NCBI GenBank assembly: GCA_041537945.1
Contig: JBGOEK010000003.1
Span: 11,856-75,855 of the forward strand
Direction: 5' to 3'
Length of the DNA: 64,000 bases
DNA from: Candidatus Thermosaccharophagus yellowstonensis
GTDB lineage: Bacteria > Armatimonadota > Fervidibacteria > Fervidibacterales > Thermosaccharophagaceae
The notes beneath the pieces were generated by a model. It made no database searches and had not been told where the DNA came from. It worked only from the letters and a program-made list of their open reading frames with translations. This document shows, in pieces, positions 54,296-63,143 of this stretch. A program made the position numbers and the translations under genes. Positions within the stretch are counted from its first letter, which is position 1; each line of letters opens with the position of its first letter.

Positions 54296-56983
54296 TCACA
54301 TGCGAGCTCTTCTTGAGGGAAATCCCCATGTGCTAAGCAAGCCTGAAAGGTCTGTTTTGAATGTGTTGTTCAACGCCTCCAAGAGCACATCAGCCCATGT
54401 TCCGTTAGCCGTATCATTGAGGTTGCGCATGAAACTGAAGAAACGCTGATAGGGGCTCAGGTCAACCAATTCCTGCCCATAGCCGTTAGCGCTAAGCAAG
54501 TAAAGGAGCATTCCGAGGGCAACATCGGCGTTCAACTTCGTTATGTCAGCACCTTGCTTCACATACTGCATGAGTGCGTTAGTAGCCATCTCACATGCCC
54601 TTATGATCTCCTCGTGTGGGAGTTTGATCGCGCTCGGACTGCCTATCGTGTCCCTTGTCTCGCTGACCAAGTTGTATTGAAGCCCTGCAGCACCAAGCCT
54701 TGCAAACGCATCAAGCCATATGTGCTTCGTTTCACCGAGCGCATCAAAGTTCAGTTCCTTTGAAGAGAGGAAAGCCATCGCGAGTTCTCTGAAGCCGAGT
54801 TGCCAAGATGGAGGGTCACCAACCTGTGAAGTGCTCATCGTGATTGTGTTTTGTGAGCGCCCACGAACACCGTCTGCCAGAACCACGAGTATCGGTTCCT
54901 TCGAAGCGATATCACAACCTGTCCATTGCGCAAGGCATTCAGAGGCAGCCTCCCATATGTTGGGTAGGTTGTATTGGCGGACGCTCACACTCACATCAAA
55001 CGGCATGAGCACCACAACCTTTTTACCTTCCCATATGTCAGCAAGCGCCCAATTCAGCTCGCCATGAATCACTTCCCTCGCCTTGCCCATCCACCTGCCA
55101 AGCCTCTCAACCAAGCTTGTGTTGTTCTCCTGAAGCGTTGAGAGCGCTTCCTCAATGTCATCTCTCAAGCCAGATTCTGGATACTGCTGTAGCAATTGCC
55201 TGTATGTCCTTATAGCGCTCTTCCTATCGCCAGAGAGTTCATACGCCTTCGCGAGCAAGAAGGCGCCCGGCACATACAAACTGCCTGTGGGGAACTGCTC
55301 AACCAGCCTTCTGAGTCTTTCCCTTGCGCCTTTTATATCGCCCTTCTCCAACGCTATAACACCGCCGATGAAAAGCGCTTCATCTTCAAGGTCGCTTATG
55401 CCAATCGCATAACCTATGTGATGCCTTTCGCCCTCCTCCCATGCCCTCTCAGCAGCCTTGTAGTAGTAGCGCATCACCCTCAGGAACATCTCTTTATCCC
55501 GAGCAAGCGCTGGCGGAAATACAGTTGGGAAAGCCCTCGACAAGCTCGCGTAAGCTTCGAGACAGCGTGGGTAGTTGTTCCTGTTTTGGTAATAGCGCAA
55601 GACCTTATACCAAGCTTCAGCGTCGTAACCGCACCCGGGAAACGCTGTCAGCAGTTGCTGAAGCGCAAGCGCTTCTTTCTCCTCATCATCAAGTTGCCAA
55701 TAGCATTGCGCTATCTCGTATAGGGCGTTGACTTGCAGTGGGCATCCCCTAAGGGTCGCGACTATCTGAAAGACGCTTACAGCGCTTTTTGCCTTCTCCC
55801 AGTTGGTTGGTGTTGGGACTGGCATCCTTGCGTTTCCGACCGCAGCACGCCATTCGGGGAGCAGGCGATATATCTCCTCAGGACCTGAAGCCCTCGCAAA
55901 CCTGTCTATGAGCACCTCCATCGCCTGATAGCATTTGCCGATGTTGAAGAGGGCTTCAGCCCACCTATCATGACCTCGCATCAACATCAAGAAGCGCCTG
56001 TATGCTTCTATGGCTTCATTGTATTGACCCATCGCTTGCAGATGCAAACCCTCGTTGAAAATGTCATCAGCCATATCCGATGGGAATGTCATGGCGAGCA
56101 CATCTTGAGGGCGTCTTGTGATCTCGTTTATTTGCCTGACTGCTTCCCTTGCGAGCGTGCTTGCAGGGAAGCTTTTTAGGAACTCCTCAAAGTAACGGAG
56201 TGCCATGTTGTCCATGTTCATGCTTTTGTAGCATTGCCCGATGGCGAATGCAGCGTCATCAGCATGTTGGCTGAATGGGAATTCGTTGACCAGCCTCTCA
56301 AACATCCTTATCGCAGCCATGTAATTGCCGAGTTCGCGATACTTGGATGCCACAACCCAAAGCGCATCATCACAACACGGGCTATAAGGATGCTCATTGA
56401 GAAGCCTCTCAAGCGCATGCAACGCTTCGCCTTCCATGCGCTCACTGGTGTAGAAGCGCACAAGCGCACAAAGCGCATTGTCAGCATAAATGCTATTCGG
56501 GTAATCGTTTGCGAGCCTCTCAAGCAATTGAGCCCTCGTAAATTTGTCGGCGACGAATTCCCGCTCATAGCGTTGAGCGAGCATCCAGAGGGCATCGTCA
56601 GCAAGGTCACTCTGTGGGAAACGCTGGACGAGCGTTTGAAGAGCCTCAACTTGCTTTCGCGTGTTTTTGAGCAAGCCATAAAGCCTCGCACGATACATAT
56701 ACATGTATGGCGCAAAGTCACTCTCAGGATAAAGGTTGAGGAAGTCGTCAATCGCTCTCAGAGCGAGTTCTATCTGCTCTTTCTGGTCTGGACGGCAACA
56801 AGAATAAACAGCTCTCGCAACATCATCAAACATGTTGAAAGCGGTCAGCCTGCTCGAAAGCCTTGTCACATTGCCGAATTGCGTTTTCCCAGTGCCCACA
56901 GCAATGCAGGCAGAAGCGTAGAGGAGAACGAAGGCAAGCTGAGCCAACGCTTGCAACTTGTTTGTTCGATTCACTTTAATCAC
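54296..56983 (-). CDS. large TPR-repeat protein with N-terminal signal/anchor
   Basis: 895 aa. N-terminus LAQLAFVLLYASACIAVGTG. Many YbgF-like TPR units (ALWMLAQRYE, ALCALVRFY, ALWVVASKYRELGNY, AAFAIGQCY, ALFNIGKCY, ALYEIAQCY). Confidence 0.75.
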   Translation of the reverse strand: MIKVNRTNKLQALAQLAFVLLYASACIAVGTGKTQFGNVTRLSSRLTAFNMFDDVARAVYSCCRPDQKEQIELALRAIDDFLNLYPESDFAPYMYMYRARLYGLLKNTRKQVEALQTLVQRFPQSDLADDALWMLAQRYEREFVADKFTRAQLLERLANDYPNSIYADNALCALVRFYTSERMEGEALHALERLLNEHPYSPCCDDALWVVASKYRELGNYMAAIRMFERLVNEFPFSQHADDAAFAIGQCYKSMNMDNMALRYFEEFLKSFPASTLAREAVRQINEITRRPQDVLAMTFPSDMADDIFNEGLHLQAMGQYNEAIEAYRRFLMLMRGHDRWAEALFNIGKCYQAMEVLIDRFARASGPEEIYRLLPEWRAAVGNARMPVPTPTNWEKAKSAVSVFQIVATLRGCPLQVNALYEIAQCYWQLDDEEKEALALQQLLTAFPGCGYDAEAWYKVLRYYQNRNNYPRCLEAYASLSRAFPTVFPPALARDKEMFLRVMRYYYKAAERAWEEGERHHIGYAIGISDLEDEALFIGGVIALEKGDIKGARERLRRLVEQFPTGSLYVPGAFLLAKAYELSGDRKSAIRTYRQLLQQYPESGLRDDIEEALSTLQENNTSLVERLGRWMGKAREVIHGELNWALADIWEGKKVVVLMPFDVSVSVRQYNLPNIWEAASECLAQWTGCDIASKEPILVVLADGVRGRSQNTITMSTSQVGDPPSWQLGFRELAMAFLSSKELNFDALGETKHIWLDAFARLGAAGLQYNLVSETRDTIGSPSAIKLPHEEIIRACEMATNALMQYVKQGADITKLNADVALGMLLYLLSANGYGQELVDLSPYQRFFSFMRNLNDTANGTWADVLLEALNNTFKTDLSGLLSTWGFPSRRARM

Positions 56984-57047
56984 CTCTCCGATTCTGCTGA
57001 CAGCTTAATCCCCAAGTCCAATTTTACCATTCTACGAGCTTGTGTTT

Positions 57048-58064
57048 TCATGTGGCAAGTATTCGAGCCAAAGCGAGCAACGACTTATCAATAGGCTTTC
57101 GCTTTGAGTATGCATCCTCAAGCGGTGTTAGGATGACCTTGCCGTTTACCTCTCCAACCATCTTATCTGTTTCGCCTGCAAGTAGTGCCTCAACGGCAGC
57201 AGCGCCGAGCTTGCTTGCGAGCACTCTATCCCTCGCGGTTGGTTTCCCACCGCGCTGTATGTGCCCAAGAACAGTTACTCGCGAATCGAGCCCTGTCTTC
57301 TCGCCGATGAGTCGTGCCAGTTGGAATGCTCCACCTGCTTCTTCCCCTTCAGCCACTACCATGATGCAACTTGTCTTGCCCATGTTGTGCCAGTTGAGTA
57401 GCTCACTTGCGAGTTCATCGATATCCGTTCTCTCCTCAGGGATTAGGATTGCCTCAGCACCACCAGCGACGCCGACATCGGTCGCTATGAACCCGCAAAG
57501 CCTTCCCATAACTTCAACCCAGAATATGCGTCCGTGAGCTATCGCTGTATCCCTTATCCTGTCAATGGCATCGAGGGCTGTATTGATCGCCGTGTCGAAA
57601 CCGATTGTGTAATCCGTCCCATAGATGTCGTTATCAATCGTTGCTGGCACACCTATCACTGGTATGCCAGATTCGACATAAAGCTTGTGAGCACCTTTGA
57701 ATGTTCCACCGCCGCCGATTGCCACCAGCCCTTCAATCCCCGCCTGACGCAACTTCTCTATCGCTTTCTCCCTGCCAGCCTTGTGGTAGAACTCTTCACA
57801 CCGCGATGTCTTCAAAATCGTTCCGCCCATCTGGATGATGTTTGAGACTGCCCTTCTGTCCATAGGGATGAAGTCACCTTCAATCATACCTTGGTAGCCT
57901 CTCATGATGCCGATAACCTCAACGCCATGATAGATGGCGGTGCGCACAACTGCCCTTATGCATGCGTTCATCCCCGGCGCATCGCCACCGCTCGTGAAAA
58001 CACCAATTCGTTTTATCCTCGCTCTCTTCCTCGGCTTCACATAGAGCCAATTGCTCATTTCCAC
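57048..58064 (-). CDS. pfkA: 6-phosphofructokinase
   Basis: IGVFTSGGDAPGMNACIRAVVR, PATIDNDIYGTDYTIGFDTA, VEVMGR, LGHIQRGG. The true start may be a few codons downstream. Confidence 0.9.
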   Translation of the reverse strand: MEMSNWLYVKPRKRARIKRIGVFTSGGDAPGMNACIRAVVRTAIYHGVEVIGIMRGYQGMIEGDFIPMDRRAVSNIIQMGGTILKTSRCEEFYHKAGREKAIEKLRQAGIEGLVAIGGGGTFKGAHKLYVESGIPVIGVPATIDNDIYGTDYTIGFDTAINTALDAIDRIRDTAIAHGRIFWVEVMGRLCGFIATDVGVAGGAEAILIPEERTDIDELASELLNWHNMGKTSCIMVVAEGEEAGGAFQLARLIGEKTGLDSRVTVLGHIQRGGKPTARDRVLASKLGAAAVEALLAGETDKMVGEVNGKVILTPLEDAYSKRKPIDKSLLALARILAT

Positions 58065-58086
58065 TCACCACCTCATGGTGTTGATT

Positions 58087-59598
58087 TCATTCCTTGAAGC
58101 CCTCGTATATGCTGACGCCACGCAGTTTTAGCACGAGCTTCAACTTCAAATCTTTCCTCAACCGCAACTTCTTAGCCGCCTCATCCTCCTTCAGTTTCAC
58201 CCACGGACGCCAGTCCGTCGTCTCAACGAGCCAAAACCTTCCACGCTTAAGCTCATCAACGCTTTCCAAGCTCACATCGGGCTCGATCAAGAGAGCGAAC
58301 GCAGTTGCTGCAGTTGCTGTTCTATCGCTCAAGCCGATCACCCTATGCCCCACAGTTGAGCCCAAGTGATACGAGATGGGTGGAAACGAAAGCACAGATG
58401 TGTGGAGTATCAACTCCGAATGCTTTCGGTGCTTCTTGAGGAATGATGATGCTTCCTTCCATTGTGCCTCAGCGTATGCTTCATCGTGAAAATAAAATGC
58501 AAGCGATGAGGCATTCAAGCAAAGCACAAAGCATAGCAGTGCAATTGCCACAGGCTTCTTATGCTTTGTTATCGCACACGAGACGATGAAACAATATGCT
58601 GGCAGGACTGGCAACAGCGTTCTTGGATGCCAGACTGGCACAAGCGCTGAGATGAGTAGCCAAAGAAGGACGCTCGAAACGAACACGAGTGCTGGAAACT
58701 GCTCACATTGTGATCTGAGGCAAGTGGGCAAGCCGTAAATGAGCAAGTATGCGAATGTGATGAACGCAAGCGTTGTGATGATGCGCGCGTGCGCAACTGA
58801 ATGGTGCACTGATGGCGCGAACATGCTGAAGTCGTGAAGCATATCGAGCAAGCCGAGGAGGCTCGCATGCGACATATGGAAACTCTTCGCAACGGACACT
58901 GTGCGACCAAGAAGGAACTTAGCCCAAGGTAGCATCATGGCGAAGATAGCGACCTGTGCTATGCACCATGCCTTCATTAAATGCCGATCCTTTCTGAGGC
59001 GGAACGCACCGATGAAAGCGATGGCAAGCAGTGGAGGTATAGAGATGAAATGCGTGTAGAATGATAGAAGCGCGAAGGTGCAGTAGAGCATCACAAGATG
59101 GTGTTGCTTTTTTGAGTAGCAGTTGCACTTGCTTTCGCTCAGGATGCACATTGCCAGAAGCATCGCCATAGCCAGGAAGGCTGTGCAGGGTATGTAGCTC
59201 CACACCTTCTGGCTGAAATAGACGAGGTAGCAGTTTGTGGCAGTGATGAGTCCGCAAGCGAGTGCGAGCCATATGCCACCGCAGAGCATGCCCATCTCAA
59301 AAGCTATCCAAGCGACAGCTATGCCAGCAACAACGCTTAGAACCCTCGCCCAAACATAGCCATCAGCCTCGTTCCATAACTTCTGCGCTACAAACCATAG
59401 CGGTCCATAGTTTTCGTGCGGTAGTATTTTCAAGAGCCTTTCCCAAGACAGCTTGCTGTAAAGAAGCACTACAGCCTCGTCACAATAAAGGTCTCTCTTC
59501 GCTATCCCGAGCATGCGGATGAACAAAGCGAGCAAAAGCACACATGCAAGCGCAAGTAGCCTTCTGGTTCGCATCGAACCTTCACCGCTCCAGTTCAC
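58087..59598 (-). CDS. ArnT/PMT-like (GT39/GT83-type) membrane glycosyltransferase
   Basis: RLLALACVLLLALFIRMLGIAKRDLYCDEA N-terminal signature. About 11 TM helices and a soluble C-terminal domain. Confidence 0.65.
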   Translation of the reverse strand: MNWSGEGSMRTRRLLALACVLLLALFIRMLGIAKRDLYCDEAVVLLYSKLSWERLLKILPHENYGPLWFVAQKLWNEADGYVWARVLSVVAGIAVAWIAFEMGMLCGGIWLALACGLITATNCYLVYFSQKVWSYIPCTAFLAMAMLLAMCILSESKCNCYSKKQHHLVMLYCTFALLSFYTHFISIPPLLAIAFIGAFRLRKDRHLMKAWCIAQVAIFAMMLPWAKFLLGRTVSVAKSFHMSHASLLGLLDMLHDFSMFAPSVHHSVAHARIITTLAFITFAYLLIYGLPTCLRSQCEQFPALVFVSSVLLWLLISALVPVWHPRTLLPVLPAYCFIVSCAITKHKKPVAIALLCFVLCLNASSLAFYFHDEAYAEAQWKEASSFLKKHRKHSELILHTSVLSFPPISYHLGSTVGHRVIGLSDRTATAATAFALLIEPDVSLESVDELKRGRFWLVETTDWRPWVKLKEDEAAKKLRLRKDLKLKLVLKLRGVSIYEGFKE

Positions 59599-59719
59599 AG
59601 CAACTTGCTTTGAGCTTGCAATTGCACATTATACGCTACGCATGTTAGCTTCGATAGAAGGTCTTCGTAGCCCTCTTTGAGGCATCATGTTAAACTGAAT
59701 TGGCGATTGTGGTGCAATA

Positions 59720-60454
59720 GTGCTGTTTATGCGAGCGAAGGGAGGTTCCCTTGAGTTGCATGGAGGTTTGCTTGCTCTGATCGAAGTTTTGCGCAACATA
59801 GTTTTCGCTGCGCCTGCGTTTATCGTTGGGATAGTCATACACGAATGCGCTCATGCATATGTTGCGTGGAAGCTTGGCGATCCAACCGCTGTAGTGGAGG
59901 GGCGTTTGACGCTCGATCCGAGAGCACACTTTGATCCGCTTGGCGCAATCATGTTCCTGCTGAGCATGCTAACGGGCATCGGTTTCGGTTGGGCTAAACC
60001 AGTCCCAGTCAACTGGTGGCGCTTTCGCAACCCGATCAGGGACATGGCTATCGTTGCAGCTGCAGGTCCGTTGGCTAACTTCGTCCTCGCCTTCATCTGG
60101 TATGTGTTGCTCATCGCAATAGTCGTTGCGATGCGATTGTTTGAACCGCTCTTTACGATCCCAGTGATAGGGAGCATGTTTATGGTAGCGATGATGGTGC
60201 TGAAAATGATTGCCGCATATGGCGTCGTCATAAACTTCGCGCTGAGCGCTTTCAATCTCATTCCGATACCACCTCTTGATGGCGGCAGGATTGCTGTTGC
60301 GGTTTTGCCCCCGAGGTTGGGCTATGAACTTGCTCGCCTTGAGCCGTTTGGCTTTTTGATATTGCTTTTGCTTCTGTGGTTCGGCGTGTTCAAAGTAGTG
60401 TTCATTCCATTTCAAGGTTTGCTCAGCTTGATGTTCTCATTGCTTCCCGAATAA
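59720..60454 (+). CDS. site-2 protease family (M50) membrane metalloprotease
   Basis: HExxH in IVIHECAHAYVAWKLGD, downstream LSAFNLIPIPPLDGG motif, multi-TM. Confidence 0.85.
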   Translation: MLFMRAKGGSLELHGGLLALIEVLRNIVFAAPAFIVGIVIHECAHAYVAWKLGDPTAVVEGRLTLDPRAHFDPLGAIMFLLSMLTGIGFGWAKPVPVNWWRFRNPIRDMAIVAAAGPLANFVLAFIWYVLLIAIVVAMRLFEPLFTIPVIGSMFMVAMMVLKMIAAYGVVINFALSAFNLIPIPPLDGGRIAVAVLPPRLGYELARLEPFGFLILLLLLWFGVFKVVFIPFQGLLSLMFSLLPE

Positions 60455-60481
60455 AAACATGAGCTGATGGGAGGGTGAGCT

Positions 60482-61480
60482 ATGTCGCGTAGAAAGATGA
60501 AGAAGGGACGCGTATTGAGCGGGATGCGTCCGACGGGCAAGCTTCACCTTGGAAACCTTGAGGGCGCTTTGAAGCAATGGGTTGAGTTGCAGGACGATTA
60601 TGAGTGCTTCTTTGAGATAGCGGACTGGCATGCCTTAACAACAGCGTGGCAGGATACAAGTGAGCTATCGCAGTTCATAAGAGACCTCGCAATTGACTGG
60701 CTCAGCGCGGGCATAGACCCTAACAGGAGCGTCATATTCGTTCAATCGCTCGTCCCAGAGCATGCAGAGCTCCATTTGCTCTTCTCCATGTTTGTGCCAG
60801 TCCCTTGGCTTGAGCGTAACCCAACTTACAAAGATTGGATCGATGAGCTTGGACCTTCAGCAGCCACATACGGTCTTCTGGGCTACCCAGTCCTACAAGC
60901 TGCTGACATCCTCATCTACAAAGCTGATACAGTCCCAGTTGGCAAAGACCAACTCCCGCACCTTGAGCTGACGAGGGAGATAGCAAGGCGCTTCAATCAC
61001 CTTTACGGTAACATCTTCCCTGAGCCTCAGGCGAGGATTACCGAGTTTGCGCTTGTCCCCGGCATCGATGGGCGCAAGATGAGCAAAACATATAACAACC
61101 ACATCCTCATGTCCGAGTCGAGGGAGGAAGTTGAGCGCAAGATAAAACGCATGTTCACAGACCCACAGAAGGTGCGCATGGGTGACCCAGGTCACCCAGA
61201 GGGATGCCCCGTCTTCAGCCTCCATAGGATTTACAACGCAAATGAAACACAAGATATCGAGGCTGAGTGTCGTTCTGGAAAGCTTGGGTGCGTTCCATGT
61301 AAGGAAAGACTCGCAAGGAGAGTGAACGAGGAGCTTGAGCCATACCGTGAGAGAAGAGCATACTATGAGGCGCACATCCATGAGCTTGATGAATTGCTCC
61401 GTGAAGGCAGTAAGAAGGCAAGGGAGGTGGCTAAGCGCACCCTCGAGGAAGTTCGCACCGCAATGAAGTTGTGGAAGTGA
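60482..61480 (+). CDS. trpS: tryptophan--tRNA ligase
   Basis: SGMRPTGKLHLGNLEG (HIGH-type motif), VPVGKDQLPHLELTREIA, KMSKT. 332 aa. Confidence 0.95.
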   Translation: MSRRKMKKGRVLSGMRPTGKLHLGNLEGALKQWVELQDDYECFFEIADWHALTTAWQDTSELSQFIRDLAIDWLSAGIDPNRSVIFVQSLVPEHAELHLLFSMFVPVPWLERNPTYKDWIDELGPSAATYGLLGYPVLQAADILIYKADTVPVGKDQLPHLELTREIARRFNHLYGNIFPEPQARITEFALVPGIDGRKMSKTYNNHILMSESREEVERKIKRMFTDPQKVRMGDPGHPEGCPVFSLHRIYNANETQDIEAECRSGKLGCVPCKERLARRVNEELEPYRERRAYYEAHIHELDELLREGSKKAREVAKRTLEEVRTAMKLWK

Positions 61481-61559
61481 GAAGCAAACCGATGACGGCA
61501 TCAGCACAGCACTGTCGCACGAGAGCTGAAGCACAATGAAAGAACGAAAGAGGTGACAT

Positions 61560-62417
61560 GTGTTGGGTAAAAGCGCTGAAGCAAGCTCACATGTAGGCTT
61601 AGGATGCGAAGAAGCCACCTGTGAAGGCAAGCTTGAGTTCCCACACAATGTAGAACCGTATCGCTTTAATGGCTACTATGTGCGAATAGACATTTTTGAG
61701 GGACCGATTGAGTTGCTCTTTTACCTTGTGAGGCGCAACGAGGCAAACATTTGCGAGATACCGATCGCCGAGATAACTCATCAGTTCCTTGAGCAACTAC
61801 AGTTGATGCGCGAGGTGAACATAGCTATCACTTCCGAGTTTTTAACCTTTGCAGCGCTCCTGCTGTATATGAAATCGGCGCTGTTGCTTCCCGAACCAAG
61901 CGCTGTTGAAGAACTCTACAGCGATGAGGAGCAAAAGCTCTCAGAGGAAGAGGTCAGGGCACTGCTCACGAAGAAGCTGGTTGAATATTCGCTTTACCGT
62001 GAGGCTGCTGAATACCTGAGGGAGCGCAGTGAGAGAAGAGCATTGATGTTCACACGCGTAAGCGAGGATGGCACGCAGTTGAGCCAGCCTGAGATTGTTG
62101 AACTCGGCAGTGTCTCGGTGTTTGATCTGCTATGGGCGTTGCGTGAAGCCTTAAGCAGGCTCCCAGATGGCTCAAAGCTCCCCATCAAGAGACGCAAAGT
62201 GACCGTTGGAATGCGTATGCAAGCCATACTCTCCAAACTGCGCTCGAGGCATTCTGGATGTATGTTCTGGGAACTCTGTGACGACTGTGAGACGAAACTC
62301 GATGTCATCGTCACATTCTTAGCCTTGCTTGAATTGTTCAAGCGAGGTCTCATCATAATTGAGCAGGAAAGACCGTTTGCTCCGATCGTTATCCACATCG
62401 CTCCGAGCGCACGCTGA
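61560..62417 (+). CDS. scpA: segregation and condensation protein A
   Basis: VRIDIFEGPIELLFYLVRRNEANICEIPIAEITHQFLE, and C-terminal VTFLALLELFKRGLIIIEQE. GTG/TTG start near 61560-61563 after AGAGGTGA. Confidence 0.88.
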   Translation: MLGKSAEASSHVGLGCEEATCEGKLEFPHNVEPYRFNGYYVRIDIFEGPIELLFYLVRRNEANICEIPIAEITHQFLEQLQLMREVNIAITSEFLTFAALLLYMKSALLLPEPSAVEELYSDEEQKLSEEEVRALLTKKLVEYSLYREAAEYLRERSERRALMFTRVSEDGTQLSQPEIVELGSVSVFDLLWALREALSRLPDGSKLPIKRRKVTVGMRMQAILSKLRSRHSGCMFWELCDDCETKLDVIVTFLALLELFKRGLIIIEQERPFAPIVIHIAPSAR

Positions 62418-62459
62418 TGTGAGCTATCCCTTCGTTTGCTTTGAGGGTGAGCAGGTCAC

Positions 62460-63143
62460 ATGAAGGGCGTGAGTGACAGCATGGGTGGTATGCAAAGCCA
62501 CTTTCTTGAGGAGCTTTCTCAAGAAGCCAAATCGAACAAGGTGGCTCAGATGGCTCACCTGAAGAGGGCGCTTGAGTGCCTGCTCTTCGTTTCAGACAAA
62601 CCTATGTCACTGCGCGAGCTTTCCCAAGTCGTTGAAGCTGATGAGGCGCTCACAAAACAGCTTATCGAGGAGCTGAAGAAGGAGTATGATGAGAGGAGTG
62701 GGTTAGCCATAGTTGAGGTTGCTGGTGGCTACCAGATGGTCACTCGCCCTGAGTATGGGCTTTATGTTGCGAAGCTTCGTCAACCACGCCGTGTGAGGCT
62801 TTCGAGGGCATCGCTTGAGACGCTCGCCATAATCGCCTACAGGCAACCGATAACTCATCCAGAGATAGAGCAAATACGAGGCGTTGATTCTTCACATTGC
62901 ATAGCAAGGTTGATCGAACTCGGGCTCGTCAAGATAGCCGGTAGAAAAAACGCCCCCGGACGCCCATACCTCTATGCCACCACTGAGCATTTCCTTGAGG
63001 TGTTTGGGTTGAAGGACCTCTCGGAGTTGCCGCCAGTTGAGCAATGGCATCAGAAGGCTAAAATGATGGGCGTCGATCAAGCGATGGGTGAAGTTGAAAG
63101 TGATAAATCAACTTCAGAGGATGCCAAGGTGAACGGTAGCTGA
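62460..63143 (+). CDS. scpB: segregation and condensation protein B
   Basis: LKRALECLLFVSDKPMSLRELSQVV, VAGGYQMVTRPEY, LSRASLETLAIIAYRQPITHPEIEQIRGV, GRPYLYATT. Confidence 0.9.
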   Translation: MKGVSDSMGGMQSHFLEELSQEAKSNKVAQMAHLKRALECLLFVSDKPMSLRELSQVVEADEALTKQLIEELKKEYDERSGLAIVEVAGGYQMVTRPEYGLYVAKLRQPRRVRLSRASLETLAIIAYRQPITHPEIEQIRGVDSSHCIARLIELGLVKIAGRKNAPGRPYLYATTEHFLEVFGLKDLSELPPVEQWHQKAKMMGVDQAMGEVESDKSTSEDAKVNGS

